Positions 38,431 to 51,590 are shown, counted from the whole stretch's first letter. The stretch: DNA of 63,953 nucleotides, filler included, from Reticulomyxa filosa (GCA_000512085.1; 21 parts of 21 records of this genome joined end to end with filler, not necessarily neighbours in it), one strand, 5' to 3'. Made by a program: numbers and translations. The notes: generated from the letters alone by a model not told the origin.

Positions 38431-39942
38431 GAACTCCATTGCCATGGGCAAAGATTTGACGCCGCCCAATCCGTATAACGGCGAGTTGGCACAAGGCAAA
38501 ATAGTGAAAACCAAATACTATGAAAAAGTGATGAGTTGTTGCTATCAAGTTTGGTTTTATAGTTTGTTTTTTTTTGTTATTGTTTATAAAAAAAAAAGTT
38601 TGAAATCAAAAATTATATTTGTATATATACATATATGCATATAAAAAGGTGTAGAAGAAATTGGACGCAAACAAGATCTGGTAGATGAACTACTATTGCG
38701 TGACAAAGCAGAGCTAACACCCTTTTTTGTATGAAATTGTTAATTCAAGCTTATTAAAAAAAACTATTATTAACACGACAATAATAATAATAATAAATAA
38801 TAACGTTGAGATTTAGTGGCTACTCACATTGTCGGGTTCTTTAGTGGCATCTCCATCTGCTTCATCTTCATCCACACACGCAGGAAGCAGTCTCATGCAA
38901 ATCGCTAACTCGTCGTTCACAGGGCCGGTGTGGAGCAGACACAGAAGGCCTTCCTTACAGCTACAGACGGTACTATCAGCGCGAGCGGAGGCTACTCGAG
39001 GAGTGAAGCCGCAGACACGCGAACGAGGACTTATTGCAATTCATTATCACAGCGCAATCATCCCAACAGCTTAAACATCGCAAATCAAATGATGACACAC
39101 GATTTGGAGAGTTTGTTGTAATGAGCATGAATATGGTGATATGCATGTATATGAGAATGCGTCGATTGGATAATAATAATCATCTGGAACAATAGATCTT
39201 GCTGCGTTGTAAAAATTTCAAAAGTGAAAATTGATGTTACCAAACCTATTCCTGCAATGATTGATAAGTGTATTGATCATCACAACTATGGAAAACAAAT
39301 ATATATTTGTCTTATTGGAACAAACTAGCTAATTGTTGTTGAATGTCAGAATTGTAATAAATAGTATGAATATTCTTTGATTGCATGGTTTTTGATGCAG
39401 TTTTATGTGCAATAGAAATTCATTAGTTTGAAATCATATCCACATAATCTAATATTTGTATAAAATTTATTCTTTTCGGGAAATTAAAAACCGATAGTTC
39501 ATTTCGTTCGTTGTGTGTAAATACCTTAAGCAATAATTCTTTAAATCCTTTAATTGGAGTGTATGTGGATATCACACATACGAGCAGCATAACGCAAATT
39601 ATGACAACCAATCAGCATTTGCCGAGTCATTTGTATATGCACCAACTAAATGTAAAACAGTCTCAAATAACGTATATTATTGTTCAAACAATCATGCAAT
39701 GTTGACTAATGATCAACAAATCTTTAAAGCAAATAAAACGCAAATAAATTGCAGTGGAAATGCTGTCACCAAAATAATTTTCAAAAAGTCAACACAATGA
39801 AATTGATCCTAAAATAATCTACGCTTTTCACAGTAAAAGAATNNNNNNNNNNNNNNNNNNNNNNNNNNNNNNNNNNNNNNNNNNNNTTAATTAATTAANN
39901 NNNNNNNNNNNNNNNNNNNNNNNNNNNNNNNNNNNNNNNNNN

Positions 39943-40118
39943 GGATAAGAGCAGATGTATTTATATTGTTTTTTCAGAGTATGATACGAGTAACAGTCGT
40001 TAGTATTAGTGCCTCCACAAATAAGAAGCTCTTCTTTGAGCAAAATACATTGTGTTTCGGCAAATGGTTTGGGTAATTCAGGCAAAGTTTGAAAGTAGTT
40101 GTTGACTTGAGTAGACAT
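39943..40118 (-). CDS. Kelch-repeat family protein, N-terminus
   Basis: MSTQVNNYFQTLPELPKPFAETQCILLKEELLICGGTNTNDCYSYHTLKKQYKYICSY contains a Kelch GG motif and is cut by the contig end. Confidence 0.75.
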
Positions 40119-42211
40119 GTTAGATGACTTTTTTTTTGAATGAATAAATGTATTTTTTAATTGCTGACGATTGACCATGCTTTGGCCAATTGTGCCAGCC
40201 ATTTTAAAATAGGATGTAAAATTCCTTGTTTTCCCATTGACAGTGTTGACAGCTTTAATTGTGTTTAACAGATTTTTGTTCAATCTTTTTGCGTTGGGAG
40301 AAGCAAATGTCAGCTCAAGGTAGCTTTTTTTCAAGGAATACATAGTTAAATGAAAAAACTTGAAAAACTTCTCTGTTCTACTCCAGTTTTTTTTAAAAAC
40401 CCCTTTTTTGTCGTTTTCAAAATTATTGTTGCACTTAAGAACAGATATAAAAAATCCATTTGGATTTAGTGTTCTATGAAATTTGAGTTTTTTAAATTTA
40501 AAAAAAAAAGAACGAAATTTCTATCAAGTTTTTTTTTGAGATGATACTTTTTTTAGGAGAGATTACTTTTTTTGCAAAAAAAAAAAAAAAAACACAAATT
40601 TGAATTAGTTGTCATTGCTTTGTGCCATTAACAATGAATAATGAGAAAGTGATTTCATTTCATATTATTTTGTCTCAACACAGAATTATCAATAAAATAT
40701 AATGAACAAAGCAAAATGAGAATTGCCTCTTTTTCTCTTACAATGGAGCCACACAAGGGTCTTGTTTGTATACCATCATGTCGATACCCACGTTTCCTGG
40801 CTGTTGTGATTTTTCTTTTTGATTCAATCTGGTAGTATACACTCTAAGCTCCATCTTGAAGCAATTTTACTTCAACACGTCCACATAGCCGTGAATGCCA
40901 ATGTGTTTGGAGTCTTTTCGTATCTTTCAGTTGCCATTGCAATATCTATTCATTTCACTTCCTCCAATATAACAAGATTATGGTATGTTTGAGTATTCCT
41001 CTACAATAATTATCATTGCAATTGTTATCATTATTATTGCCGTTTTGTGTATTAGCCGCTTTTTCTTTTTGTTGGCTCTGTTTTTTTTATGTTGCTTTTG
41101 TTCTTGTCGCACTTTTCCATCCATCCTAGCGTACATTTCATCACCTCTCTCGTCATGTCTTTGTCTTCCTTTGCACACTTCTGATGCACGTGCAATCTTT
41201 TTTTTTCCTATTATCGTTGTTGTGGTTGATAGTTAGCTACTTAAAAATTTTGTTAATTCATTATTGTCTTTTTTTTTTCTATATCTCACATTGTTGAAAT
41301 ATAAACATCAAACAAAGTCGAAACTGGTAATATTTGGAGGAAGAGATTTGAATATTTTTTTGTTGTTGTCGTTGACACACTACTTTTACTCAAAATCGAT
41401 TAATAGAGAAAATATTTTTCCTTTTTTAATAATTACAGAAAAGTAATTGGAAACAATAGGGACTTTTTTTTTTTGCTTCGCAAAGACGTAATACCTAAAA
41501 TAAATAAAGCAAAATCACAAAAACACATCATTTAGAAAACTTTCACATACACAAAATGTAAGGACTATTTTTAGAATAAGATATGTAACAAAGGAATCAT
41601 TCCTTAGGTAAGCCTTGTTAGTCTAGAAATGGTATTTCCAGTAGTGTCAAAGTTCAAACTCATTTAGTCATTGAAAGTTAAATCCGATTTTTTTAACATA
41701 TATGCTATTGTATTGTTGATAATTTGTGGAGATTTGTCATTCCGTATTTGCAATGCAAAATTTATTCAAATCATCAGCTCAATATAATTGTCTGTTCAGG
41801 TTCTTGAACATCTTTTGTTTGATTATTACCTTGGTAGACTTATTATTGTATTTACATTGAATTCTTGGTTTCTTTCTTTTGTTTGGAATTGATTGAAGAT
41901 AAATTTAAAAAATCAATTATACTAAATTTTTTAAATTATTTTATTGATCAAATTCATAAGATGAATGATCAATATTTAAATACAACATATGAAAAAAGTA
42001 TTTAATATCTTGATTATTTTTATTTTTTCTGCTNNNNNNNNNNNNNNNNNNNNNNNNNNNNNNNNNNNNNNNNNNNNTTAATTAATTAANNNNNNNNNNN
42101 NNNNNNNNNNNNNNNNNNNNNNNNNNNNNNNNNAAAAAAAAAAAAATAAAAAAAATAAAAAAAATTGTAAATGTATTAATAATAAAAATAACAATACAAA
42201 AAAAAAAAAAA

Positions 42212-44909
42212 GCACAAGACATCACATGAGACCGTACAAACGCTTGCCATCGAATTTGCGATGTGAACCTTGGACCACAGACTTGTACAGCTATTTGAAA
42301 AGTGTGTTGAATTCCACTTCCAATGTGCGCGTGACGGTAGCGGCGAAAGCGGACAAGCTGACGGTAGACTACTTTTTATACAAAGAGAAGACGCAGAAAT
42401 ACGAAATGACGGAACTGTTGTTGGATATTTGGCGCAAGATAATGGACGAAGTGAAGGCAATGATTGACAACGGCGTGAAATCGCAAACCATGTCAAAAAT
42501 GTGTGAAGTCATGTTTGCCATTATTTCGAGGTATGAATGGGATTTGACGCATATCGAGCACTGGGTCTATCAAGATGAATACCAGCCTATGACCACTCAG
42601 ATTTGGAGTAAGAAAATGTCTCGATATCATAAGCAATTGGAATATACTCTTGTTGAGCTTGCCTTTTTCTATTTATCAAATTTCTCAATTCTTATTTTTT
42701 TTTTTTTTTTTATAAAGAAATAAATAAGTAAATAAGTAAATAAATAAATAAAGCGCCAAGTGTTGCAATGGATTGACGACGAAAAAGAACTCGATACAGG
42801 AAGACACACATTTGCAATAAATATGCTGGGCTTGACTTGCATGAAAGTGGGTTCGTTGCACAAGCAAGTGATGGGCTGCATATTGAAAGAGTGGGATAAA
42901 AAGGTAAATTTGGCCAAGTTGGAGCGCTACAAATGGTTGGCTACACTTATGCCTAAAAACGGCAAGCTTCCTTTGGCGTGGCAAGACACGTACGAAGCCG
43001 ACTCTTCTCAAGAACAAGACTGTGTCCACAGTTTGGAGCTGTATTTTACCCAAGAAAATCCTTCGTGCTTTATGGAAGCTTGGAAATGCTTTGCAAGCGA
43101 TAACATTGAAGTTTTGTTTTTTTTTTTTTTTATCTCTGTTCTTTTGTTTTCGGATCAAATATACAAATACAATTCGTATCAAACAATAGTCATGTATATG
43201 TACAATATATACATATATATTTATTTATGTATACATATATGTATATATGTACGCATGTATGTGCATATTGATGCAATACCACCCCTTTAGAAACTGTTTA
43301 GTCTCACAGCAAGACATCGCGAATTTGTGCAAAACAATGCACAACCCTTAATCCACGCAATGTATCGGGGAGTTTCCAGACATTGCCATGGGCTGGTCAA
43401 TTGGAATGTTATCCCCGGACTTGCAACTGTGTCCAAGATGCTAATGCAAGGACTCATTGTTACGATTGAACCTTATTTATGTCTGTGTTGCTGTTACACA
43501 AACTTCAATATATGTACAAATATATATGTATGTGTATATGTGTGTGTGTGTATATGAATCAAAGTGGCCGAGATTGGGCACAGAATTGTCAACAGGTGTG
43601 ATAAAAGCGATTAGCCAACTATTTGAAAATGTACCACGGACAGCAAATCAATTGGGAGGTTTTTGTTCGGCGTTGTTACGCAACACTGATGCCATGCATC
43701 CGGATCAAGTGCAGATATGTTTTGACACAATTCGGGAATGGATTGGAATTTTGGAAAGAGATGAGTATGAACCATTAAATGGATTGTTGCCAGACACTTG
43801 GTGTCATGAAACGTTCATTGAAGCAACTGCCCGAATCCTACGCCAAGATGATTACCAAATCATTTGTGTCTTGCTTACCTTCATTTTGCATCATGCACAT
43901 TTGTTTCAAGATGGGTTACGGCTTAGTGTCATTAGAGGTATTTTTTTTTTTTTTTTTTGTAATATGTCGTTTCCAAAAAAAAAAAAAAAAAAAAATTATA
44001 AATGTTCAAAATTTGAACTGATGTGGAAATTGTACGTGGGAGAATAGATATTTTGATTAAAGAAAATTTTCAACAATTGTTTTGCCATTGGAACCCAGTT
44101 GTTCGCAAATATTTCCATTGGGTTATGCTGTACACGACCAATCGTATTGGATATTATGATGACGAATTATACACTGGATTAAAAGAAACGAAACTTGACA
44201 CTTCCGAAAGCATTCAGAAAATAAGGATCACCTTCAATCATGTTTTTCAGATTCTAAACAAAAAGTTTTTTGTTTTGTTTTTGTCTATTCAAGGGACATA
44301 CATGCTTTTCACAATTAGCACTGTCGCTCTTTGATGCGTGGTTCATACAAACTGAAATGCAATATAGCTTTTCGAATCGAAGCGTTCAACCGACAATTGT
44401 GTCCAAATTCCCAGTGCCGAAAAAAGAAAAGTTAGAGTTGAAAGAAGAAAAAGAAGCCAATGGAATTAGCCATTTTAAAGAAAATCATACCGGCAAAGAA
44501 AAAAGAGCAGAACACAAAATTGGACGAAAAGATGAAAGAGTCATTTGGAGATACACTGACATGCGTGTGCGTCAGAGATTAGATACTGACTAGTTGAGAT
44601 ACCTTTTCACTACAAATACCTTTTTTGCTTTTTCTAGATTTTGCTGTTTGTGTGCGCAAATGACCTAGTGACATACTGATGGCGTTGACCGTCGAAATCA
44701 TGAATTTGAATAATCACCAAACTTCCATACCACGGCAATATCAATCTTATGTGAATACCTCCTTTGTTGAGTTTTTAGATGCGTGCAATGACTACAAGGA
44801 AATTTACTCGAGCAAAACTCCTCGTCGCTTTGGAGAAATTGCGATCCCAACTCTTGGTTACCATGTCTTGACAAAAAAAGATTTGGATGAAAGAGACAAA
44901 CTCAGTTGA
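42212..44909 (+). CDS. Multi-exon helical protein, DUF1765/UPF0592-like
   Basis: Successive ORFs are separated by short GT-AG introns. The motif F.QLFCHWNPVVRKYFHWVMLY resembles the DUF1765 LF.HW.P.VR.YF motif. Confidence 0.55.
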
Positions 44910-45331
44910 ATTATTTTTGCTTACAAAAGTTTGTATGGTCAATTTTTGATATTGGATAAGCCACTTTTTTTCTCCGTCAGTCATTTTCGTCATTTTGTAA
45001 CGTGTTGGGTATGTTTAAATTTCATTTTCCCAATTTGATTGTAACAAAGATACACAACTTTCAAAAATAACAATACTAGTAAAAAGATCATTGCAATTAT
45101 ATTTTTAAATTGGAAAATTCGCAAAATAAAAAAAAAATCTTTTTGTATTCATTGCTGGGCACATAAGTCTTGCTCTCAGTTAAGAAAAACAAATTTACAA
45201 AGTTATGTTCTTCGCTCTTCCAAGGTCCATTATTACTCACACTAATGCACACGGAAGTTATGGAGAGACAGAAAAAAAAAGAAAACACAAAGTATAAAAA
45301 GCTTACGATGATGGCTTCGGAAATTGCTTGA

Positions 45332-46728
45332 TTAGGCACATTTTAACATTTCTTGCAAGCTTTGAAACGCTTTAGTTTTTTGAAATCTGTGGCCATTCAA
45401 AACGCAACGTAAAACAAAATAGGACTTAAAAACAAAACAAAACAAAAAGAAACCTCCAAAAGCTGTCCATCATAACCCCAATGATTTCCTCAACAACAGG
45501 ATCAAATAAAAATAATGCCTGTTGTCTTAGAGAATCATCGTTTTGGAATTGTTCATCAGTCGCTCGAAGAAACGATACAATTTTATTTCGTAATCGACTG
45601 GATATATTCAACTCCAACTCACTGCCAGTAATTACATATTTATCCGAAAGCAAGCGAAGCTTTTCAATCATCGTATATTTGGTATTATACACAATGCTGC
45701 TTTGTGGGATATCTGGTGGCAATGTAATTAGTTCTTGCAAAGGTGTAAATGCGTCAGTTTTCTGTTCCTCTTCAATGTCGGGCGTTTCTTGAGGTGGAAA
45801 TCCCACCCTGATAATTCGCGATGGACTCGAAAGACTTAGTGTGGACGCGATTCGAATGCGATCAAAAGAATAATACTGTTGGAATTGTACCATTTCTGTC
45901 AATGACAGTAAATTTTCCTAGTTCACATTAAATATTGTACATAACACTTACATTTTTCATCCAATAAAAAAACAAAGCAAGTAAAAGTATACGTGTATGA
46001 AAATTTAACCATGGAAAATTCAAAATGCAAGTGTTGCATAAATAGATTGAATCCTCGTTTGTCCTTAATAACAGCTTCCATCGCAACGGAAGAAGAAGGT
46101 TCTTGTGATATTTCTTTTTCGGAAGTTTTAATATCTTGTTCGATTTGAAACTCTTTGTTTATGGTAGGAGATCTCATTATGATAGCCTTCAACTTGGAGT
46201 GCACCCGTAACTTTCGAGTGGTTCGCAATACCCAATACGTTGATAGCAGCGCTACCATGCCAAAACAGAGCGAACCCAGTAAGGTAAGACTCACGTCGCG
46301 CCAAAATTCGTTTCTCACGACCGTTGACACCAATGCATAACACAACAGTACTATTGCACACATTATATATAAACACGCAGGTGTACATAACCACAAACTA
46401 CCAAAAATTAACTATTTGACAAAAAAAAAAAAAAGACGACAAAAAAAAAAAAAGGGGGGACATGCTTTTTTTTTTTTTTTTTATTAAAAAAAAAAAAAAA
46501 AAGGAAATACGGAGCCATTGGAAAAAGTGAAGTATTAGTCAAGCCTCAAAAACATAACAAAGCAAACCTAAAGCCCCACAGTATGTAGATATCCGAAGTT
46601 CATCCAAAACGTTGAAATGATCAATGACCTGAGGACGCCGAAGATAGAAATACACGACAGAAAGTACTGGAATCACATAAAAAGTGAATTCAAAATCTCG
46701 ATTTACTTTCCACACTGTGAATCTTAGC

Positions 46729-46730
<2 letters not shown>
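45332..46730 (-). CDS. Membrane-anchored RGS protein (multi-TM + C-terminal RGS domain), 5' truncated
   Basis: TM exons (WLCTPACLYIMCAIVLL; LTLLGSLCFGMVALLSTYWVL) precede the RGS core GFNLFMQHLHFEFSM/ENLL...YVITGSELELNISSRLR...LFD....EI..MMDSFWR/FQKT. Confidence 0.85.
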
Positions 46731-46766
<36 letters not shown>

Positions 46767-46914
46767 NNNNNNNNNNNNNNNNNNNNNNNNNNNNNNNNNN
46801 NNNNNNNNNNTTAATTAATTAANNNNNNNNNNNNNNNNNNNNNNNNNNNNNNNNNNNNNNNNNNNNCTTTTTTTTTTTTTTTTTTTTTTCCCCAAAAAAA
46901 AAAAAAAAAATACC

Positions 46915-47411
46915 TAATTTAACTTGTTGCGAACGAGCAAAGACTGGACCCTTGGCTTCACGTGCATGCATGCGAATCATCTTGATATTGTCGCTATACG
47001 GACAACGCGGAATTTTCCACTCTTTGCTATCCTTTGGCTTTCCAATTGGGATATTTACAACGGTGTCGTCATCTTTCATCATCATTTTACAGTATTCTAT
47101 ATAACAGTCTGGATCTCCGTCTTCATTCTGTTGCACAATTCCTATGTGTATGCGGCTTGGATATGCTGCTTTCGTGAAAAAATTGTACAGAGTATCTTTG
47201 CATCGCATTTCACGAAACGATGCTATCAATACTATAATTGTTGTGTCGTTTTTTTGTGTTGGTCATTGTAAGGCAATGGTGGTTTTTGTTTTGGATGTAA
47301 AACGGTGTCTGGAATGACTTGCCATCTATCATCTTGATACACAATATTTGGATGATACCATATATCCTCACAAAGAACAACGATTATGCAAAACAAGTAC
47401 AGACACCACAT
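46915..47411 (-). CDS. GT60 polypeptide alpha-GlcNAc transferase (Gnt1/Gnt2-like), secretory, 3' truncated
   Basis: Signal-like MWCLYLFCIIVVLC, then TIIVLIASFREMRCKDTLYNFFTKAAYPSRIHIGIVQQN...AREAKGPVFARSQQ. Joining needs one frameshift at the A7 run near 47249-47255. Confidence 0.85.
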
Positions 47412-47599
47412 TAATCTGACCTCAAAATTATTCTGGTTTGTGTCCCTTGTTTTTTCGTTTTGCAAAAAGACTACTTTGCCGTTCTCGCTAAAAAATTAGC
47501 AAAGCAGTAGCAGTAAAAAGTTGTTGAGACACATGGTGAATCCCATAAACCTGAAGCTCGTTACAAAAGAAGGGGGTTAGGAAAAACAACAAAAAAATA

Positions 47600-48536
47600 A
47601 TGTCGGGAATATTTTCGTCCAGTGGCCACTCAGAACCACTAGATGCAGAGGATAATGTTGTCCGTTGCACTGGTCAAGCAGCCATCTCAGTTGAGATGGA
47701 AGGGAAATTTCTTATTGGAAATTCCTGTGCCAAAACCTTGTCGTCTTGTGACTGGCTGAAACAATAGGAACATGATCCTACAGACGTTCGTCATCCAGGA
47801 ATGATCCCTGCAACAGGCCGAGGCAATTCAGAAGACGGAAAATACTGGGTGAATCCGTCTGCTAACCAGCTGTACAATGCTTGTCAACGCAAAAACAAAT
47901 CGTTAAAAATAGGAGGAAGCTTCTCAACTGAATAAATTTTTTTTTCTTCCAATTTATTGTTGCGCTTGTAGGATGAAGGCAATAAATCAAAATTTAAAAA
48001 AAAACAAAGTGTAGAATGGATAAATCGGACAAGGATGCAGTGGCAATGATCCATGGAGATGTATTAGAGAAGACATGGACTTCGATTTTAGAATACGAAT
48101 CATTACATTACAGGTTTCGGACACATACGTACTTGTTCTTACACATGTTCCATTTAAAAAAAAAAACACAAAAAATAACCTTTCCAATGTTGCTTTAAAT
48201 AGTACATGCAAAAGTCCGAAATTAGATCGTTTTGAAGGACTGTCAGTGAGACCATCATTAAAGGCTCATCTTTTGCATTATATTGCTGGGCATGAATATC
48301 CTTTTGATCGCCACGACTGGTACGTGGATAGATGTGGCAAAAGTATTCGATACATCATTGACTATTACTCTGTTCAAAGAGATGTCCATGACACAAACAA
48401 ACTGTCTCATCCTTATGTTATCGACGCAAGACCGGACCTCAGAACATTTGGAAATTTCTTGGACCGAGTTGTTGTTCAATGGGCCCGATTCAAATACCAC
48501 CGTCATATGAAAAAAAATGATCCCTCACAAAAATGA
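47600..48536 (+). CDS. HCCS: Holocytochrome c synthase (cytochrome c heme lyase), multi-exon
   Basis: GRGNSEDGKYWVNPSANQLYNACQRK; VAMIHGDVLEKTWTSILEYESLH; PKLDRFEG...PSLKA...PFDRHDWYVDRCGK..RYIIDYY...IDARP. Confidence 0.9.
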
Positions 48537-48972
48537 GGACTCCCATCCCTAATATCTTTTTTTGATTTGTTGTGATTCTAACTTTTGTTATTCTATGACT
48601 CTTTATTCAAGCAATTGCAAAGGTCATATCTTTCATCGCGATTTTTTTTTTTGGACAAATGGAATTCAAGTGAGCACAATTACACAAAACAAAAAACTAT
48701 CTCAGCCAAAATTTTTCTTATTTACAAATAGTTCACCTAGTTATCACCAGCTACTCCCTCAACAAATCTTCAAGAGAATGTTGCCACTTTTAATTGGTAT
48801 GCTGTGTCGCACGAAAATATTATTGTTACAAAAATGTGGTAATTCATTTTAAAAAGTTTTCTTCATTTGGGCTAACAAACATCCAAAATCTTGTGAAAAG
48901 GATATGTTTTGCAAGAAAAGAAATCTTGACAAACACCAAAAAAAAAAAAGATAAATAAATAAATAAAGTCGA

Positions 48973-49569
48973 CTATTGTTTGTCATTGGCTGAGGTATTC
49001 GATTTACTAGCATCCTCATTATCTTCTTCTTCTTCTTCTTCTTTCTCTTTTTCTTTTTCTTCATTCTTATCTTTTGAAGACAAAGGTACCATTGCATCTT
49101 TTTCAGAGTTTTCCTGATTTTGAGAATGGGGTGTTGAAGCCGTAGCTTCTGTTTTAGTAACATGTTCACTTTTTTCATTCACAGAGGTTTTTGCCTCTGC
49201 TTGAGTTTGTGAGTTTGATTGCGGAGCGACGAATTTAGACAATCGGCCAACACAACAATTTTTCATAAGACTCCCCAAGTTTATCCACGGATGAATATTT
49301 GTGTAATATGTTGTTCCGTCTTTACCGGCTGCTTTTAGAATATGCTCCCCACCGGGGTGATAAGGTATGTACTCTGTTACTTCAAATACATAGCCCTGGA
49401 TTACGATCCAGCAGTCATCTTTAGTGCAATGTTTTGCAACCTCTGCTAATGAATACTCCTTTAAACCACCATATTTTTTACTGGCATTCATTGTGTTATG
49501 TTTTTGCATCCAATGGACTGAGGTAAAACCCTGACTCGGTGGTGGGTTGGAAGACGTTTTATTGGCCAT
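48973..49569 (-). CDS. Cytochrome b5 heme-binding domain protein (CYB5R4-like N-terminus)
   Basis: YSLAEVAKHCTKDDCWIVIQGYVFEVTEYIPYHPGGE.IL..AGKDGT...IHPWIN...C.VG, followed by an acidic tail. Confidence 0.92.
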   Translation of the reverse strand: MANKTSSNPPPSQGFTSVHWMQKHNTMNASKKYGGLKEYSLAEVAKHCTKDDCWIVIQGYVFEVTEYIPYHPGGEHILKAAGKDGTTYYTNIHPWINLGSLMKNCCVGRLSKFVAPQSNSQTQAEAKTSVNEKSEHVTKTEATASTPHSQNQENSEKDAMVPLSSKDKNEEKEKEKEEEEEEDNEDASKSNTSANDKQ

Positions 49570-51421
49570 TCCAAAGGCTATTCCAGAAACACACTTACAT
49601 TGTTGAACGTGCTCTTTTTTTTTGCTTCCCTCTCGATTGCATAGGGAAACTTACAAAACACAAGCTAGTAAAAATGCAAAGCTCCCACCCTCTTGAACTT
49701 TTTTTTAGACTTTCACTCCCACCTTACTGTTGCTACCACATTACTGAAAAATATAACTTGCAATGGATTCGAAAGACAACACATAATTTATGTTGCTAGT
49801 GTATGCAACAAAATCGATTAATAGAAAACGAAAAAAATTATCAGAAAACGATAATTATTGTAATCAACAATCAAATCACCAACCAAGAAACAAATGTAAT
49901 TAATCTTGTCAAAGGATTAATGCTATTATATGCATTATCATTGATTCGATTTATGTGACTTGATTCAAAATATATCAGGCAAATGATCAATGTTCATACA
50001 CATTCGTCAAGTTGAGGAACACTATATGTTCATTTAACACAAAGTATTCAACATTCGGAGTTGGAAGATATTGCAAAAGATTTAATGATATTCACAACAA
50101 GCAATCAATAATTTCTATCGATTAAATGGTTTACCAATTGTAAAGATATTGATGAAATCATCATAAGATGTTTAGAGTATTTTAAATGATAATATCTTTA
50201 TTAGGTATCGACAAGTGAATACGAGTTATTTAATCAATATAGTCGTCGCCTAAGAAAAAAATTCAAGATAATACAGAAACTATGTATTACATTCACCAAA
50301 AGTTAGACTGAAGAAAAAAAACTCAAATGATCAACTAAAGACACAAAGAAAATACTGCAGCAATAGCATCATAACTTCATATCTATTTGATTGCATATAT
50401 TACAAAAATAATGTATCTTCATATATTGATATCAAAATATGTTCTCCATCATTGGAGGACTGATGCTGCAAGTTAGATATTTCTTCGGCATACGATAGTG
50501 TTTGGCGTGATATATTACGATTTAAATGCTACATGAATTTAAACTTCGTTGAAGATTATATTGTTGGATTGATAGTTTTATATCCTATAGATTCATGCAT
50601 GTTGTCCTAAATAAAGTCAATTTATCGATATATAAACTCAAAATGGATTAAATCAAGGTAATATTTATTCACATTACTGTTCATATTGTATATATGATAT
50701 TACAAGTGCAATACATGAACAAATTCAATGTGGAATGTTTGCAGACAATGTTGCATTGTGGGTATTAATTTATAGTCAGATATATAAAATGAAACATCAA
50801 TTGCAGCTTCTCCAAACAGTCTTGATGTAATATTATCATTGACAACAAAGCGGAAGATGTTGTCATCAGAAAAATCACAATTAATTACATTTCGTTGCAA
50901 GAACAAAAGAAAGTATACTAAATTATCAGTCTATATCATGGACGCAAAAATTCCTGAAACAAATAAAGTGATCAGATTAATTAAGGAATATTGTTAGTAA
51001 TGCAAAGTAATGCTTATGATACAGTAAACATTATAAATGCATCCTTTGGAATTTAGAAGACAGCAAGAAGATGTAAAAAATACTAAACTGAATTGCATAT
51101 TATTGATATTACTAAGCTGAAATCATCAAATGGTATAACTGCAAACTATTTGTATAATATTCCACATTCAATTAAATCTCCGTTTCAAAGATGAAGTAAA
51201 CTAACATAAAATAAAATACTAGTATAATTGGATAACAATTGTATTGTGATTTTTGCATATGCTAGCGCAATTCTCGATCTAGTGATTGGTGGTATTGGAT
51301 TAGTAGTTCAAAATCCATCAATATCTGAATATATTGATTTGTAAATTCACATTAAAGGAATAAACACAAGTATTGGATCCGAAATGAATTAATAAAAATT
51401 GCAATATTATGTGGACAAATA

Positions 51422-51590
51422 CAGTAGGTTGCAAAGAAAACTGAACGCCTAAAACGGTATCATATGATGATAATTGATTTTCTCCATGAAAAGTCAACAT
51501 TTAGACCTAATTTTTTTTTAAAAATATCTACAAATCTTGTAGTTTTTAAATATAAAATTTGTTTTTTAATAACTTTTTTTTTTGTTGGAT
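51422..51590 (+). mobile_element. Left TIR of a related Tc1-family element, cut by contig end
   Basis: TA|CAGTAGGTTGCAAAG...gattttctccatgaaaa...aatatctacaaatcttgtagtttttaaatat aligns by eye with the 10093 TIR. Confidence 0.85.

Noticed and set aside
38880-39070. 18S rRNA fragment on the minus strand
   Set aside because: Only a few short words resemble SSU rRNA, and the spacing and conserved core do not match.
47249-47255. Programmed -1 frameshift in the GT60 gene
   Set aside because: The zero-frame phasing (CAC AAA AAA ACG) is not a proper X XXY YYZ site; a homopolymer error is simpler.
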